Assembly: GCA_051252035.1 (NCBI GenBank)
Contig: JBPOFE010000001.1
Location: 7,694-71,693 of the forward strand
DNA from: Sulfitobacter sp.
GTDB taxonomy: Bacteria > Pseudomonadota > Alphaproteobacteria > Rhodobacterales > Rhodobacteraceae
Reading direction: 5' to 3'
DNA length: 64,000 nt
In this document: positions 31,511 through 42,077 of the stretch, in pieces
How the letters are laid out: each line of letters opens with the position of its first letter
Position numbering within the stretch: position 1 is the stretch's first letter
Position numbers and translations under genes: made by a program
Notes under the pieces: model-generated
Told to the model about the DNA's origin: nothing
The model's database searches: none
What the model saw: the letters and a program-made list of their open reading frames with translations, nothing else

Positions 31511-32461
31511 ATGACAAAACCTCCCCTCACTCTGTACCTTGCCGCCCCGCGTGGCTTTTGCGCAGGCGTGGACCGTGCCATTAAAATCGTCGAGATGGCG
31601 CTGCAAAAGTGGGGTGCGCCCGTCTATGTGCGCCATGAGATTGTACATAATAAATTCGTGGTTGACGGTTTGCGCGACAAAGGCGCGGTATTTGTGGAAG
31701 AATTGTCAGAATGTCCCGATGATCGGCCGGTCATTTTTTCCGCGCACGGTGTGCCAAAGTCAGTACCCAGCGCCGCGCAAGCCCGCAATATGGTCTATGT
31801 CGATGCGACCTGTCCTTTGGTAAGCAAAGTCCACATCGAAGCCCAGCGTCACGCCGATGCGGGACTTCAAATGGTCATGATCGGTCACAAAGGCCATCCA
31901 GAGACTGTGGGCACCATGGGGCAACTGCCGCCCGGCGAAGTGTTGTTGGTCGAGACCCCTGATGATGTGGCCACGGTCGATGTGCGTGACCCTGAGCAAT
32001 TGGCCTATGTCACCCAAACCACGCTTAGTATTGATGACACCGCCGACATCGTAGCTGCCCTCAAGGCGCGGTTTCCGGCCATTGTCGGGCCGCACAAAGA
32101 AGACATTTGTTACGCCACAACCAACCGTCAAGAAGCGGTCAAAGCCATGGCCCCAAGATGCGATGCGATGCTTGTGGTCGGCGCGCCCAATTCCTCAAAT
32201 TCCCGCCGTTTGGTCGAAGTCGGCGCACGCGCCGGGTGCGCGTATGCGCAACTGGTCCAACGCGCCACTGACATTGATTGGCGCAGCTTGGACGGCATCA
32301 CCAGCATCGGCATCACGGCAGGCGCATCTGCCCCTGAAGTCCTGATCAACGAAGTCATCGACGCGTTCAAAGCGCGCTACGATGTCGCCACTGAAATTGT
32401 AGAAACGGCACAAGAAAATGTCGAATTCAAAGTGCCTCGCGTCTTGAGAGAACCCGCATGA
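31511..32461 (+). CDS. ispH: 4-hydroxy-3-methylbut-2-enyl diphosphate reductase
   Basis: [32 protein letters not shown]. Confidence 0.98.
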   Translation: MTKPPLTLYLAAPRGFCAGVDRAIKIVEMALQKWGAPVYVRHEIVHNKFVVDGLRDKGAVFVEELSECPDDRPVIFSAHGVPKSVPSAAQARNMVYVDATCPLVSKVHIEAQRHADAGLQMVMIGHKGHPETVGTMGQLPPGEVLLVETPDDVATVDVRDPEQLAYVTQTTLSIDDTADIVAALKARFPAIVGPHKEDICYATTNRQEAVKAMAPRCDAMLVVGAPNSSNSRRLVEVGARAGCAYAQLVQRATDIDWRSLDGITSIGITAGASAPEVLINEVIDAFKARYDVATEIVETAQENVEFKVPRVLREPA

Positions 32462-33051
32462 CCGATCCCGAAACCCTCAAAGTTTACGCAGAAAAGGCGC
32501 AATACTATTCTGATTTGATGAGCGAGTCCGCGGGTAAGGATCCTTTACAGGCGAAATTCATCGCGGCCATACCCAAAGGTGGACATGTGCTTGACCTCGG
32601 TTGTGGGCCGGGACATTTCGCGCACTTCATGGCAAAAGCAGGGTTGCAGGTCACGGCAAGTGATGCCGTCGCTGAGATGGTTGATTTGATCCCGGAACAT
32701 CCTTTGGTGACACCGATTCATGCGACCTTTGACGACATCACGGGCGAAAACCTGTATGATGGCGTCTGGGCCAATTTTAGTTTGCTTCATGCACCACGCG
32801 CCGACATGCCGCGCCATTTGGCTGCAATAAAAACCGCGATAAAGCCCGGAGGCCTGCTTCACATCGCCTTGAAAACGGGTGACGACAGTGAACGCGATGG
32901 GCTGGGACGAAAATATACCTATTTTATGCAAAAAGAATTGGGCGATCTGCTTACTGACGCTGGCTTTGTGATTGACAGTTTCACAACGGGCCGCGATGTC
33001 GGGCTTGCAGGTACAGCAGACGAATGGATTGCGTTTCACGCTCATGGCTAA
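32458..33051 (+). CDS. Class I SAM-dependent methyltransferase
   Basis: VLDLGCGPG motif [13 protein letters not shown]. Confidence 0.9.
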   Translation: MTDPETLKVYAEKAQYYSDLMSESAGKDPLQAKFIAAIPKGGHVLDLGCGPGHFAHFMAKAGLQVTASDAVAEMVDLIPEHPLVTPIHATFDDITGENLYDGVWANFSLLHAPRADMPRHLAAIKTAIKPGGLLHIALKTGDDSERDGLGRKYTYFMQKELGDLLTDAGFVIDSFTTGRDVGLAGTADEWIAFHAHG

Positions 33052-33496
33052 ACTCTACGCATACACAGACGGCGCTTGCTCTGGCAATCCCGGCCCAGGC
33101 GGTTGGGGTGCCTTGATGCAGGCGCGCGATGGCGACAGCGTGGTCAAAGAGCGCGAGTTGAAGGGTGGCGAGGCAGATACAACCAACAACCGCATGGAAC
33201 TGTTGGCCGCGATCAACGCCCTTGAAGCCTTGGACCGCGAGACCGAGATCACCATCGTCACGGACAGCAATTATGTCAAAAACGGCATCACCGCTTGGAT
33301 TTTTGGTTGGAAGAAAAACGGTTGGAAAAACGCCGCCAAGAAACCCGTAAAAAACGTCGAGCTTTGGCAACGACTAGATGCTGCCAATGCCCGACACAAA
33401 GTCACGTGGGAATGGGTCAAGGGCCACGCAGGGCATCCCGAAAACGAACGCGCCGATGAACTGGCGCGCGCTGGCATGGCACCTTTCAAGAGATGA
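33044..33496 (+). CDS. rnhA: Ribonuclease HI
   Basis: [40 protein letters not shown]. Confidence 0.98.
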   Translation: MAKLYAYTDGACSGNPGPGGWGALMQARDGDSVVKERELKGGEADTTNNRMELLAAINALEALDRETEITIVTDSNYVKNGITAWIFGWKKNGWKNAAKKPVKNVELWQRLDAANARHKVTWEWVKGHAGHPENERADELARAGMAPFKR

Positions 33497-34116
33497 CCCT
33501 GCTTAGCCTGCTCGACTACGCATCGGTCCTAGTCTTTGCCATTACTGGTGCCTTAGTCGCCAGCCGTGCACAGCTTGACCTGATAGGATTTGCCTTTATC
33601 GCCTGCCTGACGGCGTTGGGCGGTGGCACCATTCGCGATCTGCTGCTCGACCGCAATCCAATCTTCTGGATCGCAAACCCTACCTATCTGGGCGTCGCCG
33701 CAGGGGCCGCTGTGGTGGTGTTTTTCACGGCACATTTACTCGAAAGCCGCCTGCGCACGCTGATCTGGTTGGACAGCCTTGCCTTGGCCATCGCTGTCGC
33801 CGCGGGTGCCGGTGTTGCCCTTTCTCTGGATCAATCGCCCGTCATCGTCATCCTGATGGGGATGATCACGGGCTGCATGGGCGGCCTGATGCGCGATGTT
33901 GTGGTGGGTGACGTGCCACTGGTGTTAAAACAAGGTGAGCTTTATGCGACCGCCGCCTTTGCGGGCGCTGCAACCGCGGTGCTGGTCAAATTTTACGAAT
34001 ATGACATCTTGCTGGCCCTGCTGGCCTGCGCCGTCGTCACTTGGGTCTTACGTGCGGGGTCATTGTTCTTCGGCTGGCACCTGCCAGTTTACAAAAGCAC
34101 ACCACCCAAGACCTAA
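33493..34116 (+). CDS. Trimeric intracellular cation channel (UPF0126) family protein
   Basis: FAITGA...[12 protein letters not shown] and [11 protein letters not shown] repeats. Confidence 0.9.
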   Translation: MTLLSLLDYASVLVFAITGALVASRAQLDLIGFAFIACLTALGGGTIRDLLLDRNPIFWIANPTYLGVAAGAAVVVFFTAHLLESRLRTLIWLDSLALAIAVAAGAGVALSLDQSPVIVILMGMITGCMGGLMRDVVVGDVPLVLKQGELYATAAFAGAATAVLVKFYEYDILLALLACAVVTWVLRAGSLFFGWHLPVYKSTPPKT

Positions 34117-34128
34117 GCCGACGGCCGA

Positions 34129-34365
34129 TCACCTACGCCAATGAAACGGTACAATAATCAGCGATCCGATTGACGACACAATGGCGTTCACACCGGGGCT
34201 GGCAAACCCAAATCCGAACATGATCCGCACGAAGTAAAACAAGAATGCACCACCGATGCAGATGATGATCGACTGCAAAATCCCATTATGCGTCCATCCG
34301 GTTTTCTCGGACACATAGCCAACGATCCCGGCAATCACGACAGTCCCAAACATGGTTAGAAACAT
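34129..34365 (-). CDS. Small membrane protein (GlsB/YeaQ/YmgE-like)
   Basis: 78 aa, three hydrophobic segments, downstream of fmt. Confidence 0.65.
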   Translation of the reverse strand: MFLTMFGTVVIAGIVGYVSEKTGWTHNGILQSIIICIGGAFLFYFVRIMFGFGFASPGVNAIVSSIGSLIIVPFHWRR

Positions 34366-34368
34366 CTG

Positions 34369-35283
34369 TTATTCTCCTGTCAGCCGTGTGCCCGGCGCAA
34401 TCTGTGCACCGCGCTGAAAATCCTCGACACCCTGCGCAGCCTTGCCCGCCCGTTGCAAGCGCGTCAACTGCACAGCCCCCTCACCGCAAGCGACCCGCAG
34501 CCCGTTGTCCAACACTTCGCCGGGCGCGCCGGCCCCCTCGGCAATGGTGGATCCCAAAACCTTGACCCGCGTACCCTCATATTCAAACCACGCGCCAGGA
34601 AAGGGCGATAAGCCCCGGATCAAACGATCCACTTCGATGGCGGGCCTTGTCCAATCTATCCGAGCCTCGGACTTATCGATTTTACGCGCATAGGTCACGC
34701 CCTCCTCTGGTTGAGGCTGTGGCGTAAGGTCATCCAATGAGCCAAGCGCCTCAACAATCGCCTCAGCACCCATTGTACTCAACCGATCATGCAACAGGGC
34801 TGTGGTCTCTTCCGCACCAATTGCCGTTACCTTTTTCAGCAGCACTGGCCCAGTATCCAACCCGGCCTCCATCTGCATGATACAGACACCCGTTTCCGCA
34901 TCCCCCGCCATAACTGCCCGATGGATCGGTGCCGCCCCGCGCCAACGCGGCAGTAGGCTAGCGTGGATGTTCAAACAGCCACGACGTGGCGCATCCAGCA
35001 CGGATTGCGGCAAGATCAAACCATACGCCACGACAACCGCTACATCCGCATTAAGCGCAGCAAATGCCGCCTGTTCATCCACGGACTTCACCGACACCGG
35101 ATGGCGGACCGACAATCCCAATGCCTCGGCGCGTGTCTGAACCGGGCTGGACCGATCCTTCTTACCCCGCCCGGCGGGCCGCGGCGGTTGGCAATAGACA
35201 CACACAATATCATGGCCTGCGGTCACCAAGGCATCCAGCACCGGAACCGAGAATTCTGGCGTCCCCATAAAGATCACGCGCAT
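34369..35283 (-). CDS. fmt: Methionyl-tRNA formyltransferase
   Basis: [29 protein letters not shown]. Confidence 0.98.
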   Translation of the reverse strand: MRVIFMGTPEFSVPVLDALVTAGHDIVCVYCQPPRPAGRGKKDRSSPVQTRAEALGLSVRHPVSVKSVDEQAAFAALNADVAVVVAYGLILPQSVLDAPRRGCLNIHASLLPRWRGAAPIHRAVMAGDAETGVCIMQMEAGLDTGPVLLKKVTAIGAEETTALLHDRLSTMGAEAIVEALGSLDDLTPQPQPEEGVTYARKIDKSEARIDWTRPAIEVDRLIRGLSPFPGAWFEYEGTRVKVLGSTIAEGAGAPGEVLDNGLRVACGEGAVQLTRLQRAGKAAQGVEDFQRGAQIAPGTRLTGE

Positions 35284-35307
35284 CGCTTTTCCAATCTGCA
35301 AAAGCTC

Positions 35308-35805
35308 TTAACCCTTGGCCTTGCGAGCCTTACGCAACAACATATCGCGTTTCATCTTACTCAGGTTGTCGAAATACATTCGGCCCGCCAGATGGTCGAT
35401 CTGATGCTGCACCGATGTTGCCTCCAACCCGACAAAGTTACGTTCCACTGTCGCGCCATGTTCGTCCATATACCGCACCGTAACCCCACGCGGACGACTG
35501 ATCTTGGCGGAAAAACCCAACAAATTTGGGCTGGCTTCTTCGTGAACATTCATAATGGCAGAGGCATCTATCACGTGAGGGTTTGCCAACTTTATCCGCC
35601 GATTGCGCGCCTCTGACGCGTCGACAACGGCCAGTTGCAGCATCACACCGATCTGCGGTGCAGCAAGCCCGACACCGGGCATTGCATCCATGGTGTCGAT
35701 CATATCGTTCCAGATCGCGCGCACTTCGTCGGAGATTTCCGTCACCACCTCGGCTTTGGTTCTCAGCCGCTTGTCTGGCCATGGGATGCAACGCCGTACA
35801 CTCAT
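35308..35805 (-). CDS. def: Peptide deformylase-like protein with degenerate active site
   Basis: GVGLAAPQIG intact; EGCLS replaced by EASPN, HExDH replaced by HQIDH. Confidence 0.9.
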   Translation of the reverse strand: MSVRRCIPWPDKRLRTKAEVVTEISDEVRAIWNDMIDTMDAMPGVGLAAPQIGVMLQLAVVDASEARNRRIKLANPHVIDASAIMNVHEEASPNLLGFSAKISRPRGVTVRYMDEHGATVERNFVGLEATSVQHQIDHLAGRMYFDNLSKMKRDMLLRKARKAKG

Positions 35806-36299
35806 TGCGCATGATACTCCGCAATCAACGCCAACCGTTCGTCGGCGCCAAGATGATCAAAGGTCACGACCCCATCCAAATGATCCAATTCATGCTGCAC
35901 ACAGGCGGCAGCGAACCCTTCAAAGCTCTGGACGTAACGCCCCCCATTCAACCCGGTCCACACCATCTGAACCTGCGCGGGACGGCTGATATCGGCACTG
36001 ACGCCGGGAATGCTCAGGCATCCCTCACTATTAGTCACGCGATCTTCGCTGACTTCCTGCAACATCGGATTGAGACAGACAATCGGGTCAGACTTCCCCT
36101 CTTTCCATCCCGCGTCCATCACGAATATCCGCTGCATCGCACCAACCTGTGGCCCGGCCAAACCGCGACCCGGTGCAGCGTACATTGTTTCCAGCATATC
36201 TGCAGCAAGCCGTTCGATCTCAGGCGTGATGTCTTCGATCGGCGCACAGGTTTCCGCCAGACGCAGATCGGGCCAGATCACAATCGGCAAAACACTCAT
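35802..36299 (-). CDS. def: Peptide deformylase (second copy)
   Basis: GRGLAGPQVG, EGCLS, QHELDHL. Confidence 0.95.
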   Translation of the reverse strand: MSVLPIVIWPDLRLAETCAPIEDITPEIERLAADMLETMYAAPGRGLAGPQVGAMQRIFVMDAGWKEGKSDPIVCLNPMLQEVSEDRVTNSEGCLSIPGVSADISRPAQVQMVWTGLNGGRYVQSFEGFAAACVQHELDHLDGVVTFDHLGADERLALIAEYHAQ

Positions 36300-36814
36300 C
36301 CGCGCGCCAATTCGCGTTTCAGTTTCACCATTTTACGGGTGATCATCTGACGGCGCAGCGGTTTTAGATAATCGATGAACAATTTGCCATCCAAATGGTC
36401 GATCTCATGCTGCACACATGTCGCCCAGAGCTTGGTAAATGTATCTGACTGCTCCTTGCCATCTCGGTCGACCCACCGCACATCCACCTCAGCGGGCCGT
36501 GTCACATCGGCAAATTGATCCGGGATCGACAAGCAGCCTTCCTCATAGGTATTCACGTCTTCTGACGACGCAATCACTTCGGGGTTGAACATGATCAACG
36601 GGCGTGGCGCTTCGCCCTCTTCTTTCACACAATCCAGCACGATCAGGCGATCCAAAACGCCCACTTGCGGGGCGGCCAAACCAATACCGGGCGCCTCATA
36701 CATGGTCGTCAGCATATCATCAGCAAGCGTGCGCAACTCATCCGTCAGGTCACTGACAGGCGCGCAGGCTTTCTTGAGCCGGGGATCAGGGTGCAAAAGG
36801 ATATTTCGTTTCAT
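36296..36814 (-). CDS. def: Peptide deformylase (canonical copy)
   Basis: GIGLAAPQVG, EEGCLSIP, QHEIDHL. Confidence 0.97.
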   Translation of the reverse strand: MKRNILLHPDPRLKKACAPVSDLTDELRTLADDMLTTMYEAPGIGLAAPQVGVLDRLIVLDCVKEEGEAPRPLIMFNPEVIASSEDVNTYEEGCLSIPDQFADVTRPAEVDVRWVDRDGKEQSDTFTKLWATCVQHEIDHLDGKLFIDYLKPLRRQMITRKMVKLKRELARG

Positions 36815-36912
36815 GAAAGGTGATTTAGGCGATGCTTGGCGGCACTGCAACCGGGGGCTTGCAGGTCCTGCATTTGTCAGTAGCTTGGCGCGCAAGTTCA
36901 CAGGAGACCGAC

Positions 36913-38088
36913 ATGAGTTTTGACGAGATCATCGACCGCCGCGGAACCGACGCAAGTAAATGGGATCTGATGGAAGCCTTTTCAGGCGTGCCTGCCCAGG
37001 ATGGCATCGCAATGTGGGTCGCAGACATGGATTTCTCCGCACCTGATTTTCTTCAAGATGCAGTGCGCGGATTGTTGGACAAAGCGAATTACGGCTATTT
37101 CAGCGGGCTGGAAAAGTATCATGAGGCGATACAATGGTGGATGCAAAACCGCCATAATTGGACTGTCGAGGCGGACTGGATGTTCGTCACATACGGCCTC
37201 GGCAACGGCATCGCCATGGCCCTTCACGCGTTCAGCGCGCCGGGCGACGGCGTTGTCACCTTTACACCAGTCTATCATGAATTTGCCGCCAAGATTGCCA
37301 AGACAGGTCGCAAGAACACAGAGTTGCCATTGGCCATCCAGTCAGACGGCACCTATGCAATGGACTTCGACGCCTATGATGCGCTTCTGACAGGAGACGA
37401 AAAAATCGTCCTGATCAGTTCACCACATAATCCCGCCGGACGCATCTGGAGCCGCGAGGAAATGACCCAGCTTGCGGATTTCTGCATCCGTCACGACCTG
37501 TTGCTGATTTCCGATGAGATTCACCATGACCTGATATTGCCGGGACATACCTATGTTCCGACCCATGTCGCTGTACCGCACATCACTGACCGTCTGATTA
37601 CCATGACCTCCGGCTCAAAGACCTTTAATATCGCTGGCGCACGCACCGGCTGTGTAATGGTCCCCGATCCCGACCTGCGCGCAACTTTCGGCGCGTTCTA
37701 CCGCAGCCTCGACATCAGCCCCAATCTGTTGGGCATAAGCCTGACACGCGCCGCCTATTCGCCGGAAGGGTCGCAATGGGTCGATGATTTGGTCACATAT
37801 CTTGGTGAAAATGCCAAGTTGTTCAATGAACGGATCAACGCGATCCCCGGATTGCGCGCTATGCCGATGCAATCAACTTATCTGGCATGGGTTGATTTTG
37901 CAGGCACCGGAATGACGCAAAACGAAGTTCTGGACCGTGTTCAGCGCGATGCGCGCATAGCGCCCACGCCCGGCCGCGGCCTTGGCAAAGGTGGAGAGAG
38001 CTTCCTGCGGTTCAACATTGGCACACCGCGCGCACGTATAGAAGAAGCATGTGACCGCTTGACGGATGCTTTCAAAGATCTGCAATAA
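36913..38088 (+). CDS. MalY/PatB family PLP enzyme (cystathionine beta-lyase-like)
   Basis: MWVADMDF, SPHNPAGR, SDEIHHD, SGSKTFNIAG; AGGAG RBS. Confidence 0.93.
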   Translation: MSFDEIIDRRGTDASKWDLMEAFSGVPAQDGIAMWVADMDFSAPDFLQDAVRGLLDKANYGYFSGLEKYHEAIQWWMQNRHNWTVEADWMFVTYGLGNGIAMALHAFSAPGDGVVTFTPVYHEFAAKIAKTGRKNTELPLAIQSDGTYAMDFDAYDALLTGDEKIVLISSPHNPAGRIWSREEMTQLADFCIRHDLLLISDEIHHDLILPGHTYVPTHVAVPHITDRLITMTSGSKTFNIAGARTGCVMVPDPDLRATFGAFYRSLDISPNLLGISLTRAAYSPEGSQWVDDLVTYLGENAKLFNERINAIPGLRAMPMQSTYLAWVDFAGTGMTQNEVLDRVQRDARIAPTPGRGLGKGGESFLRFNIGTPRARIEEACDRLTDAFKDLQ

Positions 38089-38096
38089 CCCAATAC

Positions 38097-38125
38097 AAAA
38101 GGGCGGGTTCAGACCCGCCTTTTTA
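38097..38125. terminator. Bidirectional intrinsic terminator
   Basis: AAAAGGGCGGGT-tcag-ACCCGCCTTTTT. Confidence 0.88.
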
Positions 38126-38130
38126 TTGGC

Positions 38131-38484
38131 TTATCTGCCATCAACAATCAAACCTGCGGGTGCAAAGGCGGACTTTTCGAAATCCAGCGCCGCTGCATGA
38201 GCAACCGGGGTGGCGCGTTTGAATTCATATTGCATTTCACCCGCCTCTTCTTCACCGGCGAAAATCAGACATTGGAACAGGTGGTTTGCCCCATCATAAA
38301 GATCGACCAACCCACGCAAATGCGGCGCATTATCTGCCGCGACGGCAAAACCAGTCTTCCACATCCGCAGCACGGGAAACAATTGTCCGTCCACATCGAT
38401 CCGCAAACGCGACGCTTTTTTAAGACCCGTCAGGCGGGCGGCGTCCAACCCCGCCTGTATCTCTTTTGAAAAAACCGCTTCCAT
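38131..38484 (-). CDS. Conserved hypothetical protein
   Basis: 117-aa ORF ending at the terminator; resembles a conserved Rhodobacterales protein from memory. Confidence 0.7.
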   Translation of the reverse strand: MEAVFSKEIQAGLDAARLTGLKKASRLRIDVDGQLFPVLRMWKTGFAVAADNAPHLRGLVDLYDGANHLFQCLIFAGEEEAGEMQYEFKRATPVAHAAALDFEKSAFAPAGLIVDGR

Positions 38485-38655
38485 CTGTCCCCCCGATTAA
38501 TATGTCTAAGCTGACCTAAACTGCCCTAAATTCAAGTTAATTTTTTGCGACAGATTTCAGGTGTGCATTTTTGCAGCCCACTTGCGCAGTATCAGCCTTG
38601 GACGAAACCCGATCGGCAAACTACATTTGGTCCAGTATCACAGGAGAAACACGAA

Positions 38656-39630
38656 ATGGGCCTATTAGTAGACGGTGTTTGGCAGGACAAATGGTATGAT
38701 ACCAAGTCCTCAGATGGCAAATTTGAACGCGCTCAAGCACAGTTTCGCAATTGGATCACTGCCGATGGCAGCGCAGGCCCATCTGGAAAATCCGGGTTTA
38801 AGGCAGAATCAGGGCGCTACCATCTGTATGTAAGTCACGCCTGTCCTTGGGCCCATCGCACCTTGATATTCCGGCAAATCAAAGATTTGGCCCCTCATAT
38901 CGACGTCTCTGTTGTACATCCCGATATGCTTGGTGAAGGCTGGACTTTTAAGACCGACGACAATGGGGCCACCGGGGATCAGCTGTTTGGCCTGCCCTAT
39001 GCCCGTGACATCTATACCAAGGCAGATCCGAAATTTAGTGGCCGTGTGACCGTACCGATCCTTTGGGACAAGGTGCAAAACACAATTGTATCGAATGAAA
39101 GTTCTGAAATCATCCGTATGTTCAATACCGCGTTTGATAGCATCACTGGCAACGCCGATGATTATTGGCCCGGCAGCCAACGTGCCAAAATAGCACCCGT
39201 GAATGATCGGATTTACGACACCCTGAACAATGGCGTCTACAAATCCGGCTTTGCGACAACACAGCAAGCCTATGACGCCGCTGTCCATCCTTTGTTTGAA
39301 ACCCTTGATTGGCTAGAAGGTATCCTTGCGCAGAATAGATACCTTATCGGCGACAAGCTGACCGAGGCAGATTGGCGGCTGTTCACCACACTTGTGCGGT
39401 TTGACCCGGTCTATCACCAACATTTCAAATGCAACCGCGCACGGATCATCGACTATCCGAACCTCTGGGCCTACACCCGCGAGCTATACCAATGGCCGGG
39501 TGTAGCTGAGACAGTGAATTTTGACCACATCGTGCGGCATTATCACTACAGCCACGAGACAATTAACCCAAACCGGATCATCCCGATTAATCCCATCCTG
39601 GATTTCGATGCACCACACGGGCGCGGCTAA
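38656..39630 (+). CDS. Glutathione S-transferase, glutathionyl-hydroquinone reductase (YqjG-like)
   Basis: YVSHACPWAHR, GRVTVPILWD, SNESSEI, NNGVYKSGFA. Confidence 0.93.
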   Translation: MGLLVDGVWQDKWYDTKSSDGKFERAQAQFRNWITADGSAGPSGKSGFKAESGRYHLYVSHACPWAHRTLIFRQIKDLAPHIDVSVVHPDMLGEGWTFKTDDNGATGDQLFGLPYARDIYTKADPKFSGRVTVPILWDKVQNTIVSNESSEIIRMFNTAFDSITGNADDYWPGSQRAKIAPVNDRIYDTLNNGVYKSGFATTQQAYDAAVHPLFETLDWLEGILAQNRYLIGDKLTEADWRLFTTLVRFDPVYHQHFKCNRARIIDYPNLWAYTRELYQWPGVAETVNFDHIVRHYHYSHETINPNRIIPINPILDFDAPHGRG

Positions 39631-39638
39631 ATCGACTG

Positions 39639-40025
39639 CTACCGCCGATCAGACCCGTAATGCGCGACCATCGCCGCGAGGTCATCCGGTGGTGTGGTTG
39701 AGGGCAAAAAAGCCCGCGCATTCGCAGAGTGAGCAAAGATCGACCCGTCAGAAAAGAAAGTTGTGTTGGTCACAAAAATCACCCGTGCCTCAGGCTGACG
39801 GTAATTCGCATAGTCAGCCACAGCCAGCGCTGATCCGTCGTCGATCACCAAATCCAGAATAATGATATCGGTGTCGTGCGCCGCCAAATAGGTCGTTGCA
39901 GTATCCTGTGTTTCAGCAGCAAAAACCTGCATGCCCTGACGTTCCAGATGCCGTCGCCAAAGCCGCGCCAGTTCTGGCACGCTCTCAACAATCAGCACTC
40001 TGAGCTGAGGTTCCAAGGACACCAT
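39639..40025 (-). CDS. Stand-alone atypical response-regulator receiver
   Basis: VLIVES, IILDL (phospho-Asp), IFVT present; conserved Lys absent. Confidence 0.85.
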   Translation of the reverse strand: MVSLEPQLRVLIVESVPELARLWRRHLERQGMQVFAAETQDTATTYLAAHDTDIIILDLVIDDGSALAVADYANYRQPEARVIFVTNTTFFSDGSIFAHSANARAFLPSTTPPDDLAAMVAHYGSDRR

Positions 40026-40074
40026 TTTCCCAATCTTGCAAATAGACCACGGATTTAGTCGATAGCTCTAAATC

Positions 40075-40090
40075 TTAACAAATGATTAAC
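40075..40090 (+). promoter_or_regulatory. CtrA binding box
   Basis: TTAA-CAAATGA-TTAAC exact consensus; extra TTAAC half-site at 40106-40110. Confidence 0.7.
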
Positions 40091-40209
40091 TTTCAGGTAA
40101 GCAACTTAACAAACCGGATGGCTCTTGAACAAACGGCATTTTTCCGCTCTTTGAGAACCGTCAAACGGGCGCTAACTGGCCCACGTCCCCGGCAAAAGGT
40201 ATTTCCACA

Positions 40210-41157
40210 TTGGACAGTCTCAAACGCGACCATGGTGGCGGCGTGGATGCAGCGGCAGCGGCATTTGGCGGGGCGCGCGGTGATTGGCTGGATCTATCTA
40301 CAGGCATTAACCCTGTTCCATATCCTCGCTCAGATATTCCAGCAGATGCTTGGACATCTCTGCCTGATCAAGCGGCCCGCGACGCGCTAGAAGCTGCCGC
40401 GCGTACATTTTGGAACATTCCAGATACAGCAGCAGTTTTGCCTGTCCCTGGCGCTTCCAGCGCAATTGCTCAAGTCCCCAGATTGGTCCCCGCCGGAAAC
40501 GTCCATATCCCCGGTCCCACCTACAATGAACACGCGGCCAGTTTTGCAGCAGCCGGATGGACGGTTGTACAAGCACCCAGAAATGCGTCGGCTTGCGTGC
40601 ATGTCCATCCCAACAACCCCGATGGTCGGCAATGGCGCACCACCGAAATGGATGCCCCCCTGCGGATTATCGACGAAAGCTTTTGTGATGTGGCGCCCGC
40701 CGCCACATTGATCACCAACGCAGCGCACCCCGGCACATTGATCCTCAAGAGTTTTGGTAAATTCTGGGGTTTGGCGGGCCTGCGTTTGGGCTTTGTTATT
40801 GGTGATCCTGTGTTGATCAGGCGGCTGGATTCCATGCTGGGCCCATGGGCTGTGTCTGGCCCGGCATTAACCATCGGCACAGCCGCCTTGTGCGACACCA
40901 ACTGGGCTGACACCACCCGCCTACGGTTGCAGCAAGACGCAGATCACCTTGACCATTTGATCCTAAAACACGATGCGCATTTGGTTGGTGGCACTTCATT
41001 GTTCCGCCTTTATGAAGTCGCGGATGCCTCTGAATGGCAGATCAAACTCGCCAGACATCACATCTGGTCACGGGTCTTTCCATACAATGCCAAATGGCTG
41101 CGCTTGGGCCTGCCCGACCCCGGCGGATGGGTGCGTCTTGAAGCGGCGCTGGCATGA
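40210..41157 (+). CDS. cobD: Threonine-phosphate decarboxylase (CobD; CobC in aerobic-pathway naming)
   Basis: [39 protein letters not shown]; TTG start. Confidence 0.93.
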   Translation: MDSLKRDHGGGVDAAAAAFGGARGDWLDLSTGINPVPYPRSDIPADAWTSLPDQAARDALEAAARTFWNIPDTAAVLPVPGASSAIAQVPRLVPAGNVHIPGPTYNEHAASFAAAGWTVVQAPRNASACVHVHPNNPDGRQWRTTEMDAPLRIIDESFCDVAPAATLITNAAHPGTLILKSFGKFWGLAGLRLGFVIGDPVLIRRLDSMLGPWAVSGPALTIGTAALCDTNWADTTRLRLQQDADHLDHLILKHDAHLVGGTSLFRLYEVADASEWQIKLARHHIWSRVFPYNAKWLRLGLPDPGGWVRLEAALA

Positions 41158-42068
41158 ACACGGCGCTAATCCTAAGCCTTGCGATGCTATTGGATGCCGC
41201 GCTGGGAGAACCCGAGTGGCTTTGGAAACGCCTGCCGCATCCTGCGGTTCTGATGGGTCGGTTGATTGGATGGTTTGATCAACGTTTCAATGCAGGCAAA
41301 GCGCGCAAAATAAAGGGCGTGCTTGTCCTTGTAGCGCTGATATTCGGCGCTGGGTTACTGGGGTATGCCATCAGTTTCTTTGGTCCGGTCGTTGAAATTG
41401 TTCTTGTCGCAATCTTGCTGGCGCAGCGATCCCTCGTGGATCATGTCCGCGCCGTCGCAGACGGGTTGCGGATGTCGTTGCTTCAAGGCCGCCGCGCCGT
41501 AGCGATGATTGTCAGCCGTGACACGACCGACATGGCAGAACCCAATGTCGCTCGCTCTGCGATCGAAAGCGCTGCCGAAAACCTCAGCGATGGGGTCATC
41601 GCCCCTGCTTTTTGGTTCCTGATCGCCGGTCTACCCGGATTGTTCATCTACAAGGTTGTGAACACTGCCGACAGCATGATTGGCTATCGCACCCCACGCC
41701 ACGCGGACTTTGGCTGGGCCTCTGCGCGCATGGATGATCTGTTGAACCTGATCCCGGCACGGCTCACTGCCGTATTAATCGCGTTGCCCGCTGGCACCCT
41801 GCATTTGTGGCAATCCATAAGCGCCGATGCGTCTAAACACAAATCCCCAAACGCAGGCTGGCCCGAAGCGGCGATGTCACGTGCCATTAATGTGGCATTG
41901 GCCGGGCCACGCAGCTATGATGGTCAAATGCAGCAATTTGCATGGGTCAATGGCATGGGGGCGCGTACCATTGGACCAGACGCAATCAACGCTGCCATCA
42001 CCCGTCTATGGCAGGCATGGATGGTGATGTTGGGCATCAGCCTGACCCTTGGCCTGTTGTTGATTTGA
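41154..42068 (+). CDS. cbiB: Adenosylcobinamide-phosphate synthase CbiB
   Basis: [36 protein letters not shown]. Confidence 0.96.
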   Translation: MNTALILSLAMLLDAALGEPEWLWKRLPHPAVLMGRLIGWFDQRFNAGKARKIKGVLVLVALIFGAGLLGYAISFFGPVVEIVLVAILLAQRSLVDHVRAVADGLRMSLLQGRRAVAMIVSRDTTDMAEPNVARSAIESAAENLSDGVIAPAFWFLIAGLPGLFIYKVVNTADSMIGYRTPRHADFGWASARMDDLLNLIPARLTAVLIALPAGTLHLWQSISADASKHKSPNAGWPEAAMSRAINVALAGPRSYDGQMQQFAWVNGMGARTIGPDAINAAITRLWQAWMVMLGISLTLGLLLI

Positions 42069-42077
42069 AGGACTACC

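Noticed and set aside
40025-40210. Cobalamin riboswitch upstream of cobD-cbiB
   Set aside because: No B12-box or conserved GGGAA/GCCACTG elements seen
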